A stretch of DNA of 64,000 bases from Roseibium sp. Lineage in GTDB: Bacteria > Pseudomonadota > Alphaproteobacteria > Rhizobiales > Stappiaceae. Below the pieces are notes generated by a model. The model was not told where the DNA came from. It was given only the letters and a program-made list of their open reading frames with translations, and did no database searches. Made by a program: the position numbers and the translations under genes. The stretch spans positions 4,011,246 through 4,075,245 of the forward strand of contig NZ_OZ247494.1 of assembly GCF_965233565.1 (NCBI RefSeq), in the 5' to 3' direction. Below are positions 7,797 to 19,700 of the stretch, in pieces; the stretch's first letter is position 1; each line of letters begins with the position of its first letter.

Positions 7797-10700
7797 TTGA
7801 AAATGGGCGCTGCTAGCGAATATTATTTTCCTGAAGAAGAAAATAATAAATTATTGGATAGTTTTACAAGTTCCGCAATAGCTTTCGTTACAGCTCTCGT
7901 TGAAGGTAAGCACGAGCAAACGCAACAATTCGGCGTAGTGGCCAAGATTGTAGGTAGGGCAGGTGATTTTTATGAAGCTGTTAATGTTTGGCAGGATGGT
8001 GAAAATATTTGGGTTGCTGGAAGTCGGTACTCTATTGAAAAAGAGGGTATAGCTGCTGCTTCTATAGCGCTAAGAGGTCTGGCCGTAGGTTTAATTGGCG
8101 CGGTGGGTGTGCCTATCGCTGCAGGTAGTACAGCAAGTATTGTTGTGGGAGCTGTTGCGATTGGTGTTACTACTGTCTTGTACGAATTGTTTGCCTCTGA
8201 TTACGTGGAAGATGTTTGGGATGATCTCTGGGGCACGCAAGATGTGCGTGTTGAGCTTACTCAAGCTGGGAAGTTGCTTGGTGGCGCGAAATACAAGGAC
8301 AACTTGGATGGCACTCCCATGGAGGCTGTCGTGGATCTGCTCCGCGAAGCCGAACGCAGGGGCGAGCTGGGTCAGCCGGATATCGCGACAAGAATTCAAA
8401 TTTATGAAGCGGACGAGTTAAAGCACACCGTTAAGTTCTTGACGGGGGAGCATCACAACACCGATCCCTATTTTGAAATGGCGATGTTGTTTGGGTACTC
8501 TTCCAGCGAAATTAAAAACTGGTCGGTGGGAGATGCCAAAAACAAAGATCATCTCGCATTTTACAAACCAGGCAATCAAGACGGATTTACACTTGCGCTA
8601 GAAGGCGAAGAGGTCTCGATCCAGCATCGGGTCTACCAAGAGGGCAGTGCTGCGACCGTCGCATTTAAAGCTGTTTCCGCTTCCGCTTTGTCTTTCAAGT
8701 CTGATGATGGTGGCGCCCGCTTGATCATCAAGGACGGTGATGGGTCCATCGTTTTTGGCGGTTATGGCAGTCAGACGCTCAAGGGAACCTCAGGTGTTGA
8801 CTACCTGCATGGCGATGGCCTGAGAGCTGATTCCGATGTGTCTGGATCCGACACCCTCTATGGCAATGGTGGCAATGATTACCTCTTTGGTGGCAAGGGC
8901 AGCGACCATCTTTTTGGCGGGGACGATGCCGACCACCTGTTCGGCGACGAAGGCACCGACACGCTCGACGGCGGTGAGGGTGAACATGTCGACATCATGG
9001 TGGGTGGCAGCGGAAAAGACACGTTTATCGGCGGCCTCGGCAAAGACGTCATTTGGGGCGGAGACATCAAACAGGAAACAGATAGCGAAGATGATACCGC
9101 CAATTTTTCGAACGTAGGTGACGGCGGCCTCAAGGTTCTTGTGAACGGCAATCCCGGTTTTTCCCATGTGGTAAGTATAGACAATGATGGAAAGGTAGAT
9201 ACCAAACTCCACGCTGTTGAGAATATTATTCTTTCAAATGAAAATGATCGTTTTGTTCCCGTAACTGGCGGAAGTCTTACGAATTCAGTTCTAAAGATGA
9301 TTGATGGCGGTGATGAGGCTGGGGACGAGGGGGATGTCCTTGATTTCAGTCTTATGACTCCGTCTGGCATTACGCTCAAAGATGGCAAAATCAAAACTTC
9401 ATCAACCGACGAATTGCAGTTCAAGAACTTTGAAACTGTCATTGGAACTGTCTCCGACGATGTCATTCACGCCACCGAACTGAACGGCGCAGACAAACAG
9501 GTCACCCTGCGAGGCAACAAGGGAGATGATGAGTTACACGGCCATGACGGGGACAACGTCCTTTCGGGCGGTATCGGCAGCGATACCTTCTACGGTGGGA
9601 CCGGGGCGGACGAAATCTGGGGCGGCGACGTTGATCAAGTCACGGACACGGAATTTGATACCGTCAGTTTCGAAAACCTCCAGCACGGCCTGAATGCCGA
9701 ACATGAAGAAATTGTAGGTGGTGAACCTGGGGCTATTAAAGTTCATTACAGTGATTACGATGTAAATACAAAAATTTATGCTGCGGAGAAACTTGTACTT
9801 ACAAACTTTGAAGACACCTACTTCGTCAAAGATCTTGGTTTTTTACGTGTTGTTAAAGAACTGGAGGTCGATGGTGGTGGCGATGGACAGACAGGAGATT
9901 TCCTCGACTTTTCTGACCTGGACGAGGGAATTACGCTGCGTGACGGCGTGCTTGAGGGCACAAATGCCCGGTTCACCAACTTTGAGGCGATTCTCGGGAC
10001 TTTCCAGCAGGATCGGTACATCGTCACTGATCTTGAGACTTTGCGGAATGACACGCGGTTTGAGGTCGATGCCCTGGATGACGAGGGCAAAGGCGACATC
10101 CTCGACTTCTCGCGGATCAGTGAAAGCATCACGTTCCGGGACGGAGTGGTTGAGGGCACAAACGCAGAATTTACAGACTTTGAGACGATCATCCTCACCG
10201 ACGAGGACGACCGGGTAGAAATTCCTGCCCTGGGAGACGGCACAACCTTTGCCATGGGACTTGGCGACAACAAAGTTGTCGTGACCGATGATGGCGGTCA
10301 GCCTAGCGATCCGTCCGCCATCACTCGAATTGACTTCGATCTCGAAAACGCGACGGAAAAGCAGACCCAGCATATTGTCGGCAATGCCGACCTGGACCGG
10401 GCGATTGCTTCCAATGGTGTTCTGACCTTCAACGGCAAACAGATCGTTGGCGGTGCCGCGTTTGACTTCAACCGCTATGAAAAACACACCGGGGATTTTG
10501 AGGCCTATTCGCCGCTCCTGGGTGATCAGCAGTATCAGCCTGTGTTGCTGATCTCCGACTGGTTCGAGGCAAAAGTCGAGAATGTCGGGTATCTTTTTGG
10601 CATTGCCAGTGACTTGATCGACCCGGGAATTGGCTTGGGTACGCCTGGCACCGGATTTGGCGCAGGACTCGGCCTGCCGCTGTTTTTCGGCAACGTCGCT

Positions 10701-13700
10701 GTGGAAGAGGCGATGCGCTGGGACAACAAGTGGGTCAACGCCTATTCCCAGGAAATTATCGGTGCGCATGGCGAGATCTACCGTGTCTTTGATCAGGAAA
10801 CCGGAAAACGCGCTTTTGAGGTCACCGGCGACGGCGTTTACAGGCTCGAGATTTCCTTCAAGGGGGACGATTTTGCAGCTCCGCAAACCATGGTGGTGGA
10901 GAACTGGCGCCAGGGCGACTTCGGCATCAAGTTGCGGGCAGACGGCTGGGAGAACGGTTACGAAACGGGCACGAATCGAAACGGGAACTTCGATCCGATC
11001 GAGGGGCCTAAGGAAAACGCCCAGATCCAGGCAACACTTGCCAGCCTCAATCTGATACCACCGTCCGCGGACCCGATTGAGGAAACTCAGGAAGAGGGTG
11101 GCGCTCCGGTCGAAGCGATGGCCATGGCGGCCGCAGCAGCGAGCCCCGAGCCGGCTTCGGCCGAGGGACCTGTTGAAGGGGCTGCAGCGGCAGCTGACGA
11201 AGCGCCGGCAATCGAGGACATCCCCCTCCAGCGCAACGGCAATTCCGGCGACAACACGCTGACCGGGTCCAGCGGCGACGATCAGTTCAATGGCGGACAG
11301 GGCAATGACACGCTGAGCGGTGGTGAAGGGGTCGATACTTACATCTTTGCGCGCGGTGACGGTGCCAATGTCATTTTCGACGCGTCCGCGTCGGGCAACA
11401 TCCTGAAATTCGTCGATATCGACACGGCAACACTCGCCTATGCGGATGTCGCAGGTGACACGGAAGGCGTCACGGACCGCCAGATCACCTTTGGCGACGG
11501 CGACACAGTTCTGATCAAGAACTGGTCGACCCTGGACCAGGCCGCGCGCGATGCGTGGACCGTCGAGACGCTGACCTCGCCGGCTCAGACCCCGGACAAT
11601 GAAGACGACCTGCCCAATCTGGTGGAATATCCGAACGAGCTCACCGGCGGTGCAGAGGACGACATCATTGACGGGGGGGCCAAGGAAGACCTCATCACCG
11701 GCAATGGCGGCAATGACACGCTGGTCGGTGCGGGGGGCAACGACCAGATCTTCGGCAATGACGGCAATGACCGTATCCTGGGTGGGGCAGGCAACGATCG
11801 CCTGTTCGGCCATGACGGCGACGACAGCCTCTTCGGCGGTGCCAATGACGATTACATCGACAGTGGCGCCGGATTTGACGAAATCACCGGCGGGCGCGGC
11901 AACGACCGGATCATTGCCGGCGATGGAGGCTCCAACATCTATTTCAATTCCGGTGACGGTCAGGACATCGTTACGGTCAACGACACCACCGGTTACTTCT
12001 CCAACGGGGAGCAGACCGATACGCTGATCTTCGGCGAAGGTATCTCGGCAAGTGACATCCGGCTGGTGCGCTCGGCCGATGACCCGCTGGCGATCACCTT
12101 CCTGATCGGCGACAACGGCGACGCCATCACCGTCACGAACCAGTTCGATCCGGTCGGCAATTTCACCGACGGGCTGGACTTTGTCCGTTTCGCCGATGGC
12201 GAGGTCTGGGACCGGGCGCGCATCAAGGACGTGTTCCTTGAGCAGCAGACGACGGCCGGCGATGACACCCTGATCGGCTTTGAAGACAGCGACGACGCAC
12301 TTGCGGCGACGTCCGGCAACGATTTGCTGGCCGGCGGCAGCGGCAATGACAGCTATTTCTGGGTCCGCGGCAGCGGCGACGACACCATCACTGACAGCAG
12401 CGGCTTCGACCGTCTGGTTTTCGGCCCGGATATCGAGCCGTCCGACATTTCGGTGGAGGTGCTCAAGTTTATCGAGACGGCCGACGGCCTGAACACCGCC
12501 AAACACGATCTGAAAATCACTATTGCCGGGCCGGATGGCGGTTCGGTCTATCTCAGCAACCTGATGAAGGAAGCCGGCGAGGGCATCGACACGATTGCCT
12601 TCGAGGACGGCACCATCTGGGATGCTGCTTACCTGGCCGATCTGGCCCTGGACGGCCAGGTCGGGGCAACGGCCGACACAGTGTTCGGCAGCGGCTATGG
12701 TGATGTGATCAATGGCGGGGGCGGCAACGATACCCTTTATGGCGGCGGCGGCAGCGACACGCTTCTTGGCGGAGAAGGCGATGATGTCCTGCATGGCTAT
12801 GATGAGAACGATTTCATCACCAGCCATAGCAAGTACACCGACGGTGGCGACACGCTGAACGGTGGCGCCGGCAACGACACGCTCTTCGGCGGTTTTGGCA
12901 ACAACCGCTATGTTTTTGATGCCGGGTTCGGACGGGACCGGATCCTGACGGATTTCGCCACACAGAACACGATTGGCGACAATGGCGGGCGCGAAACTGT
13001 GGTCTTTACCGCTCACACGCTTGCCGATTTCGAACTCACCTTCACGCCAGACCCCGACGATGCAGACAAGGGAACCTTGACGTTTCAGGTCATCGGCGCA
13101 GATGACAGGCTGGATATCGTCAATCACCCGTCGATCCTGGATGTCGCCGACAAGAGCGACTTTGTCACCCTGTATGAATTTGCCGACGGCGAGACCGTTG
13201 GCATTGCTGAGATTGCCAAACTGGCACAGATCGCCGGAACCGCCGACATCTCGACCGTGGGCACGAGCGCCGGGGAAAGCCTGTCCGGAGGAACGGGATC
13301 CGATCTCCTGAACGGCGGCGGCGGTGATGACACGCTGAAAGGCGGCGAGGGTGCTGACGCCTTGATCGGCGGCAGCGGCAGTGACACGCTGAATGGCGGC
13401 GCGGGCGACGATCTTCTTTTCGGCAATGCGGGTACCGATACGCTTGCAGGTGGCGACGGCGACGACATCGTCCTGGGGGGAGCCGGCAACGACACGCTTT
13501 CCGGCGGGGCAGGCAGCGACACGCTGAACGGCGGCGCGGGCGACGATCATCTCGCTGGCGGTAGCGGCAACGATGTGCTTGAAGGTGGGGCAGGCGCCGA
13601 CACCTATTATTTCTCGCGTGGCGACGGTCAGGATGTCATTCGTGCGCAATCCGACGGCGGTGCGGCGCTGGACACGCTGGTTTTCAATCAGGGCATCTCC

Positions 13701-16700
13701 CAGACCGTCGTGACCTACTCCCTGGACGGCACCGATCTTGTGATCGATTTCCTGAACGGCAGTTTCGACCGCGTGACGGTCGAAGACTATCTCGGCAAAG
13801 GCTATCTTCATCTTCAGTTTGCGGACGGGTCCACGGCAACAGCCCGTGAAGTCCTGGCCACGCTCACCGGTGCAACGGACGCCAATGAAGACACGCGCGA
13901 CCTGCCGAATGCCGATCAGCAGACGATCATCACGGGCGGCAAGGGCAACGACCTGCTCGTTGAAAACGACAATGTCTCCAGGAACACCTTCGTCTTCGTG
14001 AAAGGCGACGGTCAGGACCAGGTCCTGGCCAAGGAAGGGGTCGTGATCGGCGAGACCCATGAATTGCTCATCATCGGCTTTGACCGAACCGATGCGCAAT
14101 TCATTCAGGATGGGGAAAGTGTCCGGATCCGCTTCGACGGCGCCGACGACGAAATCCTCTTGTCCGACCAGCTCACCGAACTCAATCAGTGGGGTGTCGA
14201 TTCAATCTCGTTCGGAAGTGGTGAAACACTGACCCGCAGCCAGCTGCGCCAGCTGCTCGTCACGCAACAGACAACAGCCGGCGATGATGTCATCGAAACC
14301 TCGGCAACCGGCACTTACGGAGATTTCGCGACCGAACTGAAAGGCGGCGAAGGCAACGACACGCTGATCGGCAGCAAGAACACCGATACCTATCGGTACG
14401 AGCTGGGCGACGGCTCCGACGTGATCATCGACGCCTCGACCTCCAGTGCGACGGACAGCCTGAGTTTCGGTGCCGGCATTCGTGTCCAGGATGTCTCGTT
14501 CGCCAGGTCCGGCACCGCAGACGATGATGTTGTTGTAACGCTCGCGGACGGCAACACCATTACCCTGGTCGATCAGATGACCGGCACTGGCAAGGGCATC
14601 GAACAGATCACCTTTGCAAATGGCGATGTGCTGACGGGTGATTTCATTCGCAGCCAGATCCTGGATGCATCCGGCAACACCGGCGACGACACAGTGATCG
14701 GGACGGCGTCCGGTGAGACGCTTTCCGGCGGCGCCGGGCAGAACACGCTGATCGGCGGTGAGGGTGGCGACACTTATCTGGTCGGCGCCGGGAACGACAC
14801 CATTGAGGAAACCGGTTCAACGGGCACGGACCAGCTGATGGTGCTCGACGGGATCAGCGAAGCGGACATACGCTTCTGGCGCGATCCGGCACAGCCGGAC
14901 GACCTGGTGCTCTCCTTTGCCTCGGGGGCCAATGTTCGTGTGAACGACCAGTTTGCCAACACCGCCATCGAGCGCATTGTCTTTGCCGACGGCAAGGTCA
15001 TTGATGCGGCCGGCATTGCGCAACGCGTTCTGGAAGGTTCCCAAAGCGATGCTGACGATTATGTCGTCGGCACGGACGGCAATGACTGGATCGATGCCGG
15101 TGCCGGCAATGACGAGATCCACCTGGGTGCCGGCGCGGATGTTATCGAATTCGGGCGCAGTGACGGTCAGGATCGGGTGTCCTCTCCGGTCGCGGACACG
15201 TCCGCGGACACGCTGCTGCTGAAGTCCGGTGTCGCACCTCGTGACATTGTCCTGTCTGTTGTCGGGTCCGACTTGCTTGTGGCGATCACCGGCACGACGG
15301 ACGCGCTGACTGTGAAAGACTATTTCGACGTTAGCGGAGCGGCTCCCGTCGTGGTCGGAACGCTCACCACGTTCGCCTTTGATGACGGTACGGTCTGGTT
15401 GGTCTCCGATATTCTGGAAAGGGCCGTGGACACGGCTCCTCAGGCAAACGGCAGCGTCCTGGACCAGACGGTCGACGAGGATGGCGCCTTTGTGCTTGAT
15501 CTTCCTGAGGGACTGTTCAGCGATGCAGAAGACGGCTCGCTTCAGCTTTCTGCGCGGTTGGCGGACGGTTCGCAGCTGCCTGCCTGGTTGACATTTGCAG
15601 ACGGCCGTTTCACCGGGACGCCCGGCAATGCCGATGTCGGCACGCTCGACATCGTCGTCGTTGCAACGGATGCGTCGGGCAAACAGGCGGAATCCGCCTT
15701 CCGGCTCGAGATCGAGAACGTCAATTCCACACCTGAGCTTGTTGCAACACCGGCACCTGTGGACGCGGGGGCGGGGCAGGCGTTGACTTATGTGTTCGAC
15801 GCGGCACAGGTGTCTGATCCGGAGGCCGACCCGCTTGACTTTTCGGCCAAGCTCGCCGACGGGTCGGACCTGCCTGCATGGCTATCCTTCGATGCGCAGA
15901 CCCTGACCTTCTCCGGAACCGTTCCGGCCGATGCCGACGGCATCCTCACCGTGCATCTGCTGGCGTCCGATGGCGATGCAGTTCTCACAGTACCACTGCA
16001 TTTCGTGACCGGGGCGGACAGCGAGGCGCCGGTTGTGGCAAATGCGCCGGCGGACCTGGCGACGGCGGAAGACGGTGCCTTCACTTTCACACTGCCGGCG
16101 GACGTGTTTGCGGACGCGACGCAGAATGATGTCCTGACTGTATCGGCCAGACTTGCGGACGGTTCAGCTTTGCCGGACTGGCTGAGCTTTGATGACGCGA
16201 CGGCCACTTTCAGCGGCACCCCTGCCAACGAAGATGTCGGTGCACTTAACATCGAAGTGACAGCGACGGATTTGGCAGGCAACACCGTTTCGACCAGTTT
16301 CCTGCTGACGGTGACCGATACCAACGATGCGCCGACGGTCACGGGAACCTGGGAAGCCCACGTTGCCACCGAAGGTGAATTGCTGAGCTGGTCGCCGGAC
16401 TACGGCATCTTTTCTGATCAGGACCAGGGCGACCAGCTCACATACAGCGCGACCCTGTTTGGCGGCGCTCCCTTGCCGGACTGGCTCAGCTTCGACGGTC
16501 AGGCCTTCACAGGTACGCCGGAAGACGGCGATACCGGTATCCTTGCACTTACGGTCGTAGCCACCGATGGCAGCGGCGCGACCGCACAGCAGTCATTCTA
16601 CATGGTCGTTTCTCCGGTCAACGACGCACCGGTCGCCGTTGGGACGATCGACGACCAGAGCCTGCATGAGGACGACACGATCAGTTTCGTGTTGCCGGAA

Positions 16701-19700
16701 GCGCTGTTCGAGGACGCGGACAATACAGGTCATGCGCTCACGCTCTCGCTGGAAAATGGTGAGCCGTTGCCGGACTGGATGACATATGACCCGGCGACCC
16801 GGACCTTCCAGGCGGATCCGCCTGCCTCTCTCCTGGATCTCTATGAAGGAACCCGCGTTTACACCGTCAAGGTCACGGCAACCGATGCGCTCGGGGCTTC
16901 GGCGTCGGTCAACTTTGAAATCTCGATTTATGATGACAATCCCGGCACCACGGTAACGGGCACCGACGGCGATGACGAACTGGTTGCAACTTTCGGTCCT
17001 GACGTGATCGACGGTGGCGCCGGAAACGATCTGCTGCAAGGCTCCTACGGCAAGGACACCTTCCTCTTCGGGCCGGGCTCCGGAAATGACACGATCGATC
17101 CGGATGTGCCGGTCTATTCCGCCGACAGCGTAGGCGACATCGTGCGGTTCACCGGAGGTCTGGCTGCAGACGACATTGTCATCACCCGGACCGGTTCCAA
17201 CGACAACCTGACCGATCTTGTGATCACGATCACTGCAACCGGCGAAACGCTGACGGTCCTGGATCAGTTCGGATCTCTGGGCGAAAGCAAAAACGTCATC
17301 ACCCGTTTCGAATTTGCCGATGGCACAGTCTGGACGGATGCGGATGTTATCGCCCGCTTTACCACTGCCACCGACCAGGCCGACACGTTGCTGGGTGACG
17401 GTTTCGACAATGTTATTGCCGGAGGCAAGGGCGATGATGCGTTGTCGGGCTCTTATGGAGATGACGAACTACATGGTGGCGAAGGCACCGATACGCTGGA
17501 CGGCGGCAGCGGCGACGACACCTATATCCTTACGCTCGGAGATGGCATCGACACCATTCTGGCGGATTCCAAGAGATCGGATACCAACTACATAAGTTTT
17601 GGCGAGGGCATCACTCCGGCCGACCTGGTCATCTACGGCAATCTGGACAGCAGCGACCTTCTGCCAATTCCCGCCGGTGTCGACCTGAATCCCTACGAAA
17701 TGTATATCGGGCTGGCCGATGGCAGCGCCGGTTTCGTTGTGGTGAACCAGTTCAAGACCGGTTTCACCGACGACGGCATCAGCGGGTTCAAGTTCCAGGA
17801 CGGCTCGGTCTATCTGCTTAACGAACTGGTTCCGCTTGTCTCCGGAGGAAATGGCGGCGGCCTTGCCGTTGGCACGTCCGGTGAAGACACCCTTCGCGCG
17901 GCGTTTGGCGACACCACCTTTGACGGTGGTGCCGGTGACGACACGCTGGAAGGCGGTGCCGGAAATGACACGTTCGTTTACGAGCTGGGCGATGGCAACG
18001 ACAGCATTCGCGACGACAACGAGGCACTGAGTTTCGACCGGTTGGAGTTCGGCAGCGGCATCAACATCGACGATGTGAAGTTTGTCCGGGCCAGCTGGCT
18101 CAGCCTTGATGTCGAGATCCTCCCGACTGGTGAGGTCATCCGGCTGAACTCCTTCTTCACGCTGAACACCAAGGGTTTTTACGAAAAACCGATCGACGAG
18201 ATCGTGTTCGGCAACGGCGAGGTTCTGACCTATCAGAATATCGTCGACCTGATGCTCGAAGGGACTTCAGGCGACGATCACCTGACAGGTCTGGAATACG
18301 AAAACGATATTCTGGATGGCGGTGCCGGCGACGACAGGCTGGAGGGTTATGGGGGCGACGATACCTATATCTTCGGAACGGGGTATGGCAGCGATACGAT
18401 CCACGCCGACAACAGAAATATCTGGAACACGCCGAACGTTACGACAGTTCAGTTCAAGGATGGTCTGAGATTCGACGATCTGACTTTCACCTTCGATGAT
18501 GCGTCGGACACCTGGCAGGCAAGCATTGACGGCACCGGCGATGTCTTGACTTTCAACATGGATGACAGTGCCCACATCTCGCACACCTGGGTCTTCACCT
18601 TTGATGATGGCGAGAAGGTCTATCACAGCGAACTGATTACGCGACATCAGCTTGAAAACGGCCTGCATCAAGATGGCGACACCATCATTGACGGCACTTC
18701 CGCCTCCGAGACGATTTCCGGCACATCTGCAGATGAAGTGATTACCGGCGGCGCGGGCGACGACTACATCAAGTCCTCCTCAGGCAGCGATACGATCATC
18801 TATCGACGCGGTGACGGCACGGATAGGATCCACGACAGCGGCAGCTCCGTGTTCGAGACGGATGTGCTGTGCCTTGAAGGGTTCGCTGCCGATGAGGTGA
18901 GGCTCGGGCGGAACGGCGACGACCTCTATATTCTTTTCGAGGGAAGCAGCGACTATATCCAGGTCGACGACCAGTTCGAATACGGAACCTACTCCAAGAC
19001 GCATAACGGCGAACGCACGCGCTTCGACAAGTACGAGGGGCTCGAGGCAATTGTTTTTGATGACGGCAGTTTCCTGTCTCGTCACGACATCAAGTCCCAG
19101 GCGGTTCTGACAGGGAACCCGACCACCAGTGAAACCATCAACGGTTCGTCCGAGGCGGACACGTACTACATCTCCAGGGACTTTGGTGACGACGTCATCA
19201 ACGAAAACAGCAGCGACCTTCAGGTGGTTGACCGCCTTGTGCTCGGGCCGAACATCCTGTTGGGCGATGTCACCTTTTCCAGAGTCAATGGTGGTGAAGA
19301 CCTCCTGATCAATATCGGTGCCGGCGAAGGCAGCCTTACTATTCGCGATCAGTTCGTCGACGCCACGCAGGGGCTGGAAGAAATCGAATTCTCTGACGGC
19401 ACGATCCTGAACCGCGGCCAGATCCTTGAAACCGTTGAAGCGTTGACGGCGGGAGACGATCAGGTTCTCGGCAGTGGCGCGGATGATGTCCTGAACGGAC
19501 TTGGCGGACAGGACGAAATCGACGGTGCCAGGGGCGATGATCAACTGCAGGGCGGTGCGGGCAACGACACCCTCACGGGCGGCGAGGGTGAGGACCTTCT
19601 GATTGGCGGCACCGGCGACGATGTCCTGAGCGGAGGGGCTGGTACGGATGCCTACAGGTTCAGTGTCGGCGACGGTGCGGACACCATCAATGATCAGGGC

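Noticed and set aside
7797-11230. FrpC-type self-processing module or LapA-type retention module
   Set aside because: I see no DPLxLDLDGDG motif and no N-terminal TAAG-type LapG site, so only the weaker linker hypothesis is reported.
9843-14099. 1,418-aa minus-strand ORF and many other long ORFs inside the giant gene
   Set aside because: These are antisense or off-frame shadows of a repetitive, GC3-rich coding sequence, with no recognisable motifs.
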